This document shows positions 12,960 through 25,400 of a stretch of 64,000 nucleotides of DNA, one piece after another. Location of the stretch: the NCBI RefSeq assembly GCF_035084215.1, contig NC_090351.1, positions 12,090,001-12,154,000 on the forward strand, written 5' to 3'. Each line of letters starts with the position of its first letter. Position 1 is the first letter of the stretch. The DNA is from Heptranchias perlo. Taxonomy: Eukaryota. The notes under the pieces were generated by a model. That model was not told the DNA's origin. It ran no database searches and saw only the letters and a list, made by a program, of their open reading frames with translations. Both the position numbers and the translations under genes were made by a program.

Positions 12960-13697
12960 TAGAGATTGATAAAATGGTGGACTGGGCAAAAATGTGGCAA
13001 ATGGAATTCATTATCAGTAAATATGAGGTGGTTTCATTTTGGGGTGACGTGGAAGATCAGAGGGATTTGGGGTTCAGGTTCGCAAAACATTAAAAGCAGC
13101 ACCTCAAGTGGACAAGGCCAGAAAAAAAGCTAATGGAATATTGGGTCTTAAGGCAAGAGGTATAGCAAATAAAAGTTGAGCGCGCTGAATCTATGCAAAA
13201 CCCAAGTAAAACCGCAGAGTACTGTGTGCTCCACACTATAGGATCTTGAAGTAGTAGAGAGGGAACAGTGCAGATTCACTAGGATGCTGCCTGGTATGAG
13301 GACAAAAATTGGGGCTGCTTTTGTTAGAGAAGATTACGGGGTGATTTGGTAACGGTGTTTAAAATAATGAAGCAATGGGAAAGAGAGTGTTTCCAGCGGT
13401 TGAGGGGACAAGAATGAGAGGTCATAGATAGAAGGTTAAATGTAAGAGATTTAGAACAGAGAGCAGGAAAAACTTTTTTGCACAGTCGTGAGGCTGTAGA
13501 ATGCACTACTGGAGTTAGTGATTGAAGCAGGGTCAACATTTAAGGATAGATTAGATAAGAAGTTATAGGACAAAGGAATATGGGAACAGAGCAGGCACAT
13601 GGGTTTAAGACTACTGCTTGTGTGGAGTGTATGCAGCAACATGGATTGGTTGGACCAAACTACCCGTTTCCTTGTTGTAATTTTTATGTAATTCTAT
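12960..13697 (+). mobile_element. CR1 LINE 3' fragment
   Basis: WAKMWQMEF-like start, cagtgcagattcactaggatg, ttaaggatagattagataag and a CR1 tail ending gtaatttttatgtaattctat. Confidence 0.85.
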
Positions 13698-13720
13698 AAA
13701 AGTTACCTACTCATCCTCTT

Positions 13721-13765
13721 GGATAAGGAATGGTATGTGGGATAAGGAATGGTATGTGGGATAAG
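13721..13765 (+). repeat. 19-bp tandem duplication (ggataaggaatggtatgtg x2.4)
   Basis: Exact copies at 13721-13739 and 13740-13758 plus a partial third. Confidence 0.9.
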
Positions 13766-14309
13766 CAATTTAAGCGTTGGGGGTGAGAGAGGAGAGTAAT
13801 AAAGGCTTGAAAAACTGGAGAAGATCAAAAGTAGATACACAGCTAAGTGACTCTGGTAATTCTGAGAGATCTGTAATTTTAACTCGTAAAATTTATTTCC
13901 CTTTAGTAACCAAATGTCTCTAAGGACAGCAAAATAAGTGGAGATTTTCTTTTAAATGTAACTTGGAAAACAGAAAAGCAGCTCTGTATAAAATAAATAA
14001 ATCACTAGATGTATTGATTTACCTACAATTTTTCTTCTGCCCAATGAGCTGGCTTATGAATTCCAAAACCATTTTAACTACTACTGAAAAACTTTCATGA
14101 AGTAAAAGAAGATTACCTACCTTTGGTATGGACTTGCTTATTCCTTGAACATATCCTCAATTTCCACACAATCTTAAAATGGGATTAATCCAGGGGAAAT
14201 CATTAGGTCAATATCCCTCCAAACATGTTACACTGCAGCTATTGACCTTCCTTAACATACTACTACACAAAACAACTCTACCCACACATTTGCCCTCAGA
14301 CATTTTTGA

Positions 14310-15300
14310 TGGAGGCAGCCTTGAAGTTATATGACAAAGGAAAGACAGTCAAAACTAAAGACCCAAACTCTGCAAATCTACTTGAAAGCTTGAGGAATGA
14401 CTTGAAGCAAACAAACATCAAACCTATAGTTGACAAAGCTTCTTAGCTACTTTTAGGACATTACAAATAAAGGCAACAGTGGTATTTCTTTGTTATGATT
14501 TATTTGAACTTTCAAAAAGCCTTTGGCTAAGTCCAACACACATGAAAGACTGCTAATAAAACTTTAAAAAATGGAAACCCAAGGCAGAATATGGTATATG
14601 ATAAAAAGTTAAAATAATAGGAAACAGAATACTAACGAAAACTGTAGTGTCAGAGTGGACAAAGGTTTGGAGTCAAGTACCGCAAGGGTCAGTGCTCTGT
14701 CCCATGTTGTGGAGATGCCGGTGATGGACTGGTGTGGACAAATGTAAGGAGTCTTACAACACCAGGTTATAGTCCAACAGCTTTATTTGAAATCACAAGC
14801 TTTCGGAGGCTTCCTCCTTTGTCACCTGACGAAGGAGGAAGCCTCCGAAAGCTTGTGATTTCAAATAAAGCTGTTGGACTATAACCTGGTGTTGTAAGAC
14901 TCCTTAAATTTGTCCCATGTTTATCTACCTAAGTTACCTGGATGGAGAAAAAAAAACTTAAGCTTATTAAATTTGCAAACAGCAAAATATAGAGACCAGT
15001 GGGGACAGAAAATGTTATTAATAATTTGAAGAAGGATTTAGTTCAACTTCCACAATTGGTTAGATAAATGAAATCCAATATTGACAAAAGTATTACATAT
15101 TGGTTGCAAGGGAACAGAATTAGCACAGCGGGACTTAGAAAGGGACTGGGAGTAAAAGTGGACTCTTCACTTTCAATGTTGAGACTATGTAAAAAAAAAA
15201 CACAAAAGCATATAAAAATATATAATCAGAAAAGTAGAGTTTAAGTCTACAGTGGCTATGCTGAGACTTTATAATGGATTGCTCAGATCATACAAGAACA
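14310..15300 (+). mobile_element. Old CR1-type RT fragment, interrupted by a palindromic Penelope-like insertion
   Basis: atttatttgaactttcaaaaagcctttgg (IYLNFQKAF), gtaccgcaagggtcagtgct (VPQGSVL), attaaatttgcaaac (KFA). Confidence 0.75.
14709..14915. mobile_element. Penelope-like retroelement end forming a 180-bp near-perfect inverted repeat, with hammerhead-like core
   Basis: Arms 14736-14824 and 14827-14915 are reverse complements with 2 mismatches. Flanked by an 11-bp direct repeat tgtcccatgtt (14698-14708, 14911-14921). Contains CTGACGA-A-GGAGG-aag-CCTCC-GAAA then AATAAA. Confidence 0.8.
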
Positions 15301-15599
15301 CTTGAGATGAAAACTTTTTAAAAAAAATCCAATTCTGCTTGCCTTATTGTCCTTTTATTCTCCTTATTTTCTCTTACTTTTTTTCCCCACTTAATCTTAC
15401 CTGTATTTTTCCCAGCCTTTTAAAGGAAATTCAAGATCACTTACATACCTGGTTTCTTCTTTCTCCTTGCTGTCACCATCTATTTTGGAGATTGAACCAA
15501 CACTTAAAAAAAAGTTTATCAGTTGAAAATTAGGTTGAAAGTTTTTTTGTTGGTCAATTGGAATCCCAGACACTGAAAATTAACATGGCTGATCAGACA

Positions 15600-17050
15600 T
15601 GGCCAGCTCAAAATCTTTGACAAATCTTGATGCATCAAAGCTTGAAAAATATGGAGTAGTGGCTCTAAGAAACTAATAATACCCAGAGAAGTAAGCTTTT
15701 TAGAAGGGAGATACTGACAATAGCCTTTAGTAAAATTAGTTGTTGAGATCACCTTATAAATTGAATCTGGAGAGTTATGGAAATTAGTGCACATGGTAGT
15801 AATAGTTCATATGGAGTGAGCTTTCATTTTATGTGATGGTCAGATATGTCAGTTGATAATGATACAGGTTCCAAACCCATGCAATATATTAATCAGTAAT
15901 TGGATCAAGTAAAGATTCAGTCACTAAATCTAGAGCTCCATTGCTGAAATAGGCCAGTGCTTCAAAAGAATTCCACCCAGTGAAATCTGTGTTCGATCAC
16001 AGTGAAAGAGGTTGGTGGAAGAAATCGGGTCGTTGCGATCTTTTCTGAAAGCTCGTATTCCAAGAATTGGTCGATCCAAATGTTAGAAATATGGAACATA
16101 GCCCAAAGGTCACTGCCTTGATATGAAAACCATATTAAGTGCAGGAAATATAAAGTCACAAGAAATCACAGGTTCAAGAGATGCATATATAACATTTATG
16201 GAAGCGAGATTAAAATCTGGCAATTATTTTTAGGGTTGATCAACCATGCCCTTTTCTAAGAATCTCAAAACTAGGGGATAATCTCCTGTGGACATCAATG
16301 ATGAAAAACTGCAACAGCTAAATAAACTTTTAATGGATAATCATGAAAAAACCGTCATCCGGTTGTGGGATCAGCTCTAAAACAACAGATATTTTCCAGG
16401 TCTGTTTGTCCTGTAGTTGAGTATCCCTTTCTATTTCAAAGAAAGGGTTAATAAGAATATCAGTAAATCGACCTTTTTGAAATCGCATCAAGGCTTCTGC
16501 TGTACTTTACATTAATATATGTTTTGTGGAAGTATATAATAAATGAGATCAAGTCTCCAAGACAGATGCAGTCCGGATAGAACAAGGCCAACAGCATTAT
16601 ATTGTTTCCTTAACCAACTCCCTAAACATCAAGTCTCCAAGGATTTTTGTATGCGAGGTTAGTTCAATATGAAAATGTCTGATTGTTTTATGACTTGTCG
16701 GGATGTATACAACTTTTTCATCAACAGTTTGAGCAGTCTTTCTCTATGCTCAATAGACTGAAGTTTGGTGGGTAAATCGTAATACAATTAAGAACTTCTA
16801 TTTTCCTGGCCCTATAAGGCCCACTTTCCGACTGTACAGAAATGAAACTACCTTTGCAGATGAGGGTTACTTGATAAGAAAAAGACAGATTTGATCCAAA
16901 AGAAACAATTTCTTTAAACCACAGAAGCTGTTGAATTTTATCACATCTTAATTTGGACAATATGAGGTGCCACAATGTCAGAGCAATTATCAATATCTGC
17001 CCCTTACTGGTGATAAGGCCAGAACCAGAGTTCTAAAGAGTCCAGAACAG
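15600..17050 (-). mobile_element. Highly decayed DIRS-type (tyrosine recombinase) retrotransposon relic
   Basis: Manual minus-strand translation, in order: ILIIALTLW (~16970-16995), ALMRFQKG (~16470-16495), TWKISVVLEL (~16370-16400), then KAHSI*TITTMCTNFHNSPDSIYKVISTTNFTKGY (15824 down to ~15718). The last resembles the DIRS recombinase KAHSTR...TFxxxY catalytic box. Confidence 0.62.
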
Positions 17051-17219
17051 CGTGGCTTCTTCCTACTGCCTTCCTATTTTAACTATATTGATAACTATAA
17101 TGTACACTACCAATAAGGCCACTGCTCTGTTCAACTTAAACAAGTCAATCTTTGGAAAACATTCTATACCCTCTTAACAGGCACTTTCAACTTCTGCTCA
17201 CAGACATGTTTTTTGTTAA

Positions 17220-17410
17220 TTATAATTTGCACTTGTGGGAAACATTTCACAGTACTTGACAGAGGACAAGGGGAATCAGAGACCAAGCAGGGGTTGAAGA
17301 CTTATTGGAGGTGACTGAAGGCACAGCAAGAAATAGGTCTGAGGAGATTTTTGAAAATGGGGAGAGATACAGAAAGATGGAAGTGTTTGGGAAGAGAATT
17401 CCTGAGTGCA
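17220..17410 (-). mobile_element. Short L2 3' fragment, decayed
   Basis: ggaggtgactgaaggc...ggaagagaattcctgag parallels the L2 tails at 2345-2530 and 34108-34320. Confidence 0.55.
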
Positions 17411-19695
17411 ACTCCTTTTACCTCTAATTCCAAGAGTTTATTCCATCTGTTCCCTGCATTACTAAGAAAATATTTAAGCTTATTCTTCAATACCTTATCT
17501 TTATTTAATCCTTATGTTTTATTTCCATTTCTTTTTCCTCTGAGCATTACCCAACTGATCAAGACATTGGAGGTAAAGTCCACAGTAAAGCAAGTTGTAT
17601 ATGGCTTGTGGAAGGAACCGGCTTCATGGATCAAATGGCCTGTGGTTTACATTCCATCAAACTTGAACCAGTACTCTTGAAACAGACTGGAGGAAGCTGC
17701 TGATACCACTAAACCAGAGGAGACACCTTGCATGCTTTCATATTGGGACTGCAGACCCAATTCCAAAAAATCAATTGCCAAAGAATGGAGATGTGCCAAG
17801 TGAAGGCATTCCTGCATTACATATGACACTCCAGTGTTTTCGTCTTCCTCAAAATGCCATTCTGGAGTTCGGTAAAAGCTTTACGTTACACGGAAGGCAA
17901 CAAAGACACTTAGGGTGACTCTTATTTGTGGAAAAGGAACAAAATGAAGATATAGGAAGCATCTGAAGTTTAGCCCAGGCATCTGCAAGGCATTTTAAGT
18001 TGTAAATTTTAACAATGAAACACTTACACCTCAATGTGAAATACATCAAGACCAAAACTTCTGCAATTGAGCAAATGTACTAAAAATACATGTTATAATC
18101 AAATGAACCACTCCAAAGAAAAAAAGTGGGAAAGAAATGATACTGCTGATAACAGGAAGAGAAAAAAAGACCCAAGGAGTCATCTACAGAAAAAGCATTT
18201 TACCTAGTTGGGCAATGGGCTGATTCTGAAGGCACACTGAGGATAAAAAGTTTTTTTTTTTAAAAAAACTGTATAATTCTTCAATTTTCAAGTGATATTA
18301 AAGAAGAGTGAAATAACTTCCTGTAAATAGCTGCTACAGACATTTGAAGATGAACAAAAAAAAACACCATCACAGTTCAGAATTCTGGGACCATTTTCTT
18401 CCACAAACAGGACCCAGATAAGCTGTCTGTGTTTGGGCAGAAGATTGCCTGAATGGGAGCAGACTCCCTAGACAACCCCACGCTGGGTAGGCTATCCATA
18501 GGCAGATGAGAGATGATTTGAACGCAGGATGGGCTGTTGTTTTGCACAGACCCTTAACAATAACCAATCTATTAGAAATGCCTCACCTTTCAGGAAGGGA
18601 TCTAGCACGTTTGTGCTGACACATTCATTCAGGGAGTGTTTGGGTATTATCCCAAGTAAAGAGCCAACTAAAGTGGGCTAGCATACGGGTCTTCTTTATT
18701 TTTGTAATGGTACACAAATAGAAGACGAACCAAGTGACTTCGCTCACAGTCAGTGCTCTGTATTTTACTTACTGTGGAATAAAGCACCGTACGAACCAAA
18801 CCAAATGACATCTCACCTAGTGTTAACTCAGTCTGCTTCAGAGATTAAAGGAGCAAACATACTTAAGATACAAAGGTACGGTCCAGATCACAAGGGAGTT
18901 TTATTGTTACAATCCCAGATCCCACTACAGCTACTACAGCAATGGGAGGCAACTTCCATAAAAAAGCAGGGAACCAAACCACCTGAGGTAGCTGCTGAAA
19001 CCACTAAACCAAAAGGAGACACCTGCAGCAGACTTGAATTTATAACAATTGGAGATGACAGATATAATGTACTTGCACTGCTTATAGTAAAATGAAACTT
19101 AGCATTTCAGAACATTAAATCCCCCAAAAAACAAATTAATCAATCCAGTTGATGCAAAAATGTAGAATATACTCACTGCTGTGTGCTTTAGTACCATTAC
19201 ACAAATACTAAGTTGGTTTTAAGTGGCTTACAAGAAGGAAGTTTGGCACTATACCAGTTGAACTTTACATAACCAAAATATTACTGGATTGGATTTTCAT
19301 CAAATGTTAGATATACAATGAAAGGGGGCAAGGTTGGCAGAACTATAAAACAAATGGAGTTAGTGGCATAAAAATTAGAATATGGGTTGAAACATTGTTG
19401 GTTCGTGAATATCAGTGGCCAGAGGATCTGTATGATCTCTTCTCTTTCTCCACCCCCCCACACACATACATACACGTTAAAAATGATAGAACACTGTACC
19501 TGTGGTCGAGTCAGGCAACGAAATCTTAAATGCAATTCGAGGCTTGCACACAGGGACAACATAAGGCACAAAAGTTAAAATTGATACAAGTTCAGCAACT
19601 ATAGCCAAGAAGTAAAAAAAGTTATAAAAGTCAGAGGGGTATTTGTTCCCCGTCACTTTAATCACTTACCTTCCTTTGTAGTTACAAGGACCTTC

Positions 19696-20120
19696 TTAGT
19701 GGTCATGTTACTGGATTAATAATCCAGAGGCCTGGACTAATAATCCGGAGTCATGAGTTCAAATCCCATCACGGCAGCTGGAGAATTTAAATTCAATTAA
19801 TTAAATAAAATCTGGAATTAAAATGCTAGTGTCAGTAATGGTGGCCATGAAACTACCAGATTGTCGTAAAAACCCATCTGGTTCACTAATGTCCTTTAGG
19901 GAAGGAAACCTGCAATCCTTACCCAGTCTGGCCTATATGTGACTCCAGACCCACAGCAACGTGGTTGATTCTTAATTGCCCTCAAACGGCCCAGCAAGCC
20001 ACTCAGTTGTACAATCTCGCTCAAGAAGGTGGCTCGCCACACCTTCTCAAGGGCAATTAGGGATGGGCAATAAATGCTGGCCTCGCCAGCGACGCCCACA
20101 TCCCATGAACGGATAAAAAA
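19696..20120 (+). mobile_element. tRNA-derived SINE sharing its 3' tail with the LINE at 55026-56264
   Basis: B box gttcaaatcc at 19757-19766. 3' ~100 nt (tcaagaagg...ccttctcaagggcaattagggatgggcaataaatgctggcc..gccagcga.gcccacatcccatgaacg + A-rich end) is nearly identical to 56161-56264. Confidence 0.88.
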
Positions 20121-21229
20121 GATTTTATAAATATTGAAAATATAGTGAAACCTCCATCATCCACCATAATGTAGAGATTTCCTCGGCTCTTCCTCCTCCT
20201 CCTTCCCACCGCTATCTTCCCTCCATTCCCAGTAGATAAATGGAAATTGTGTGATAATCAAAGAGTCTCCAAATATTGGTCTTGCACATACGGTGGGGCA
20301 ATATCCTAGATGTGGGAATGAAGACAAGTGCAATACAAACAACATTCAATTTAATCTTTGTTGGCTTGTGAGGTTGATTTAGGACAGACAGGAGGAGCCT
20401 AGTGTTAGCAGCTGTGCAATGAGTCAATGACACATGCAAAGTTTTATCCCACGAGAATTCTAACAGCTAACCAAAGCATGGATAATGAAGGATCCACTGC
20501 AGCACACTTAGAAAAAATGAGGACACATCATGTTTTAAGAGAATTTCACACAAGATAAACTCAAACGGACAGAATGCCTACAATTCAGTTCTTTCTCTTC
20601 CACCCCCAAATGGAGGAAGGAAAAAAAAGTGATTAACTGGATGTCAGGTACTTCCTTTACGAGAAAGATGGTCAAATCTGAGGGCGAGTCAGCCTGCTCT
20701 ACTCACATTTATTCCAGAAATTGTATCAAGATCAGCATTGGCTGAGATGTGAAAAACAGTCACCTGCTCACCATAACAGGTGAATGATATATGAGATAGC
20801 GAATAAGAAACATCTGAACAAAAAGGGGCCAAAAATTGAGTTATTTGGACAAGACTGCTAGCCCTGAAACTCCATTTCATGTAAATATCCATTTTCTTAC
20901 AAGGTATTTCTGTTCCACAAAAATCTTCCAATCCACTGAAGAATTTATTAGAATAATTGTACTGTTAGAGGAACTATTCCTCAATGAGTTAAACCAAACA
21001 GTAGTTCCCAACACTAATCACAAATGATGGTGAAACATTAAAAATTGTCAAACAAAAATTACATCAGCATCTCCTCATTATGGCAATATTTCAGAGAATG
21101 GATTTGAAGTTTTGCAGAGATTAGATTTATTTTTTAATGCTTTAGGGAGTGTGCCCAAATAAAACTTCCTTGGAAAACTGTTCGTGACCCAGAATATTCA
21201 CAGGTTCTAGTTATGCATTTATGAACAGC

Positions 21230-21710
21230 GCCATAAAGTACAAGAGTAAAAAAGCAATGATAAATTTGTGCAGAACATTGGTTAGACCACAATTAGAGTA
21301 CTGTGGGTATTTCTGGGCACTCCATTAAAGAAAAAACATTAAAGCCATAGAGAGCTTACAGCATAGAATCACTAAGATGATGCCATGGATGGGAAACTAT
21401 AGTTACGAGGAGTGACTTGAGATAGTAGGACTATTTCCACTGAAAAAAAGATTTAACACGTAGGGAGTCAGTGATGAGGGGCTATCAATTTAAAAAAATT
21501 AAAACTATCACCAGAGAGCGAAGAGTTTAGGAGAAATTCCTTTACACAGCAAGTTGTTGGAGCCTGGAATGCTTTGCTACAGGGAATGGTTGAGGCAAAG
21601 ACCACTGCATCTTTTAAAGGAAAACTAGATAAATGTTCGAAGCAGAGAAAGATAGACACGATGGGCTAAATGGCTTTGTTCTATGCTGTAAATTTCCTTG
21701 GTTCTATAGT
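21230..21710 (+). mobile_element. CR1 LINE 3' fragment
   Basis: ttggttagaccacaattagagtactgtg (LVRPQLEYC), tggaatgctttgcta, tttaaaggaaaactagataa, CR1 tail. Confidence 0.85.
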
Positions 21711-22003
21711 TGCAAAGCTGTTGTTGTTATTGTACGTCAGATGTGCAGTTGTTAAAAAGGTGAAAAGTGTTTAGTACTCATCTTCCAAAAGTGTTAAAAT
21801 ATAAGTATGTCTCAAACATGAATATCAAACTTTTTCTAGCTGACCAAATTGTAAATTCCCCTTCTTTGTTATCTGCGTAGATAGATACACATGGTAAGAA
21901 TATTTAAATTAACAGGGCTAAGTCAACTAAATACTTCAATATAATTAGCTTCCTGAAAAGTTATTAGCACTTTTGTTCTGCATGGGGAGAATCTAGCAGC
22001 CAC

Positions 22004-22458
22004 TTGGCACCACGTCCCGTTCGCCAGTCACCCGTACTTGCTGATCTGCATTGGCTCCCTGTCCGGCAACACCTCGATTTTAAAATTCTCATGCTTCTTT
22101 TCAAATCCCTCCATGGTTTTGCCCCTGTCTATCTCTGTAACCTCCTCCAGTCATTCACCCATCAGCGATCTCTGCGTACCTCCAAATCTGGCCTCTTGTG
22201 CATCCCCAACTTCCTTCACTCCACCACTGGCGGCTGTGCCTTCAGCTGCCTAGGCCCTATGCTCTGAAATTCCCTCCCTAAACCTCTTCACGCCTCTCTC
22301 ATTTAAGATGCTCCTTAAAACCTACTTCTTTGACCTCACCTGTCCTACTATCCCCTGATGTGGCTCGATGTCAATTTTGTTTGATAATCGCTCCTGTGAA
22401 GCGCCTGGTGATGTTTTACTATGTTAAAGGCGCTATATAAATGCAAGTTGGTGTTGTG
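22004..22458 (+). mobile_element. L2 LINE 3' fragment
   Basis: Peptide PVLADLHWLPVRQHLDFKILMLLFKSLHGFAPVYL; tail ttaaaggcgctatataaatgcaagttg. Confidence 0.9.
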
Positions 22459-22479
22459 TGACCATTGTTAATTATGCAC

Positions 22480-25400
22480 CAAACTAACGTATACAATAAT
22501 AAATACATATTGATTCTATTAATAGTTAGCAGGGAATAGAAAAAGTTGCATCTTCAGGATTCACATGTGGCCTGTGATCATCCATCATGGATACAACACT
22601 TATAACAAAAAATTAAGTTTTGCATTAAAAAACATTTCTGTACATACCCACTGTACAATACAATTGCAAAGATATGGTCTACTCTGAACTTAACTGTATG
22701 AAACCTTGATCAGACCATAAAATTACTTAAAACATTCAATTACATTTTTACAATCAGCATTTAAATCTTTACAATACTGAATAAAAACACCTAAAATATT
22801 TAGTATGGGTAGACAACCTTAAGCTGTATGTAAAATTATTCACACAAGTTATAAATTGACATTTCTTTAATTTCAACCATTTCCAGGTGTTTACGTTTGG
22901 ATCAGTTCAGTGCAGCAGTTAGCCATGTACATACATACTTCCATTGTCAAACACATTTTCAAAAGTCTACCAATACATACATATTCAATGGATTACACTT
23001 ACTTCTATTGATGGTGACCAAGAATTAATATCAAGCAGCTGAAAGAGTGCACAGATATTAAAACTCAGCGTCAACAGAAAGCATGTAACCAGGTGTTCAA
23101 ATATATATTCCATATCATTTTCAACATTTACTGGTGAGTTATTGTGCAGTTTTAATGACAAGTTTGGAGTTTATCTTCAGGTATGCACTGTATTGTACAA
23201 TTTTGTTCGACTGTTGACCACTGTGGGGTAGGGAGACTGAATTTGCAACTTATTTGTTATTCATATACAACATAGGTTTGGAATAACATTTGGAGGTCTG
23301 TATAGTCCTTCATATTTGGCAGACTGAACTGCAACTGTAACAGATTAAAATGCAAATGGTATAATGGTATACCGATGGCCAATGCTGCAAACAATTTACT
23401 AACCTGTGGCTTTTGCCATTTTCTGCTGAAACACTTAAAACAGGTTACTCAGGAATCTCACACATGGAGCTGAGCCATGAAAGAATTCATGACCTAGACT
23501 GCAAATAAGAGGACTGTATGAAAGATGAGCAGCATATGAAGAGAAGGAAAAACTATTGCATTTGACAAGTTGGTGCAAATATTACGGTTTTACTTGAGTT
23601 ATGGCTTGCAAATCCATATGTCAAAATCTTCATTTTAAAACAGTCTCTTCAAATATGCAACAGCACAGACCTCCATTTGTCACCACTTTCAACTAATACC
23701 TAGCATTTTATCACATTTTTTAAAAATACACATCTAGTCACCACCAATTCATTGATTTAGTATTTTGGACAGTCCAAATGGCTTTGCTCCTAAAAGGGTT
23801 ACAGACCAGATTAGCTCAGAAGTCTTCAAGATGTACTTGGCTACAGCATGCATCTTCATTAACAGCTGCCCTTACCCTCTGGCTGCAGATATTCACCATG
23901 TGAAAAGCAGTTTGATGCAGTGTTCCAGTACCAATTAGGAAAATACCATTAATGCTTCCTTCAACTTGATGTTCCTCAATACAATGCTTTTGGTAATAAC
24001 TTTACAAAGTAGGAACTGAGACCCAATTACAAGCATTAGCATTGGACAAAACCAGAAAAAGAACCTCAGGAACAGTAATTACTCTGAAAGCTGCAGAAAC
24101 CATTTCACCTTTACTTTCTGTTCAGAATCTTACCTCTTCCCACTCAGTTCAGCATCCTTGGCCTGCACTTGGCCATTCCTGTTCATACTACGCCCTCTCC
24201 TCCCCCCATGTTTTCTTTTCCATGCTATGTCTCACTCAGACATACAAGAAATTAAAACTGTTTAGCAATATTGTGCACAAACTTTGCTTAGCTCCACAAT
24301 GAAATGCATTTTGCAAGTATGAGGAACAGTGTACTGTGTTTTCAACTTTGGGAACTATCGTGTTCAATGTCCAAGTTACACACATTTTAGGAGGCATACA
24401 ATGGTTTTTCTAAATCCCAAGCGGTACAATGTACCTTATAAAAACTATCAGCTGCTTCCCCATCATTTTACAATTTTCACCTTGTTAGGTTTCCCCCAAA
24501 CACCACAGCATTGTTGGAAAGGTGATCTGTTCCTAGCTTTGTAATCAGCCAGTAGGAAGCATACAGAAGCAACCTGAGTGACTCGATTTCTTACTTTTTT
24601 TTCCCTGTGGGGGAGCCCTGGCTTTTACTTTGTACCATTAAATGGTCTAGATAGGATCAGGAGCACACAATGTGGAGAATTCCAGGCATAAACATGCCCT
24701 ACTACTCCTTGAGACAGAAAGTTTCTACACCAAAAATGCTGAACAATCAGTATGTTCACCTAATGTATTCTTATGAACTGGCATCTGCAGCAGGTGCAAA
24801 ATCACACCATTCTGTATAATTAATATCCACGGAATTACTGGCAAAGTACCATTTGCAGGTGAATATCATTGCACAGCCAGTCCAACGACACAAGCTGGCT
24901 CCAAAATAGCACATTATGAGGGTGGCAGTTCTAAGATAATATTAAAAATAGTATTGCTAGTGTAGGGAAGGGAACATTTGCTATGAATAGATAGAACCAC
25001 TGGCAAAAAATGCCAACATTAGGAAAAATATATTTGAGAACAGGAGAGACATTTTTTCAGGTTAAACAATGTAGTTGACTAGATGGTATTGGATATCTAA
25101 CAAACTCAAACTGCATGTCGGAGACATCAGTTGTTTCAGCACAAATAAATGAGTAGTTGACATGTGACTTTGGATGCTTTGGTGGACATGAAATCATCGC
25201 ATTTAACAGATCATCCACACAGCAAAACCCATTAGTGCACATTAATATATTTGAAATCAACTGGAGCCTGGAATAAAATATCTCCAACAAATTGAAAATT
25301 TGCCATTAGTTGGCATCAACTGTAATTGAGAATGTGACTTCTAAAATTAGACACAAGTTTGATTAGAGACTTTTCAGTGTTAATTTAATAAACTTCATTT

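Noticed and set aside
14736-14915. Hairpin as a miRNA precursor, CRISPR repeat or terminator
   Set aside because: Too long and perfect, flanked by a target duplication inside a LINE relic, with no repeat-spacer array; better explained as a mobile-element insertion.
19696-19775. tRNA gene
   Set aside because: B box present but no complete cloverleaf; it is the head of a SINE with a LINE-derived tail.
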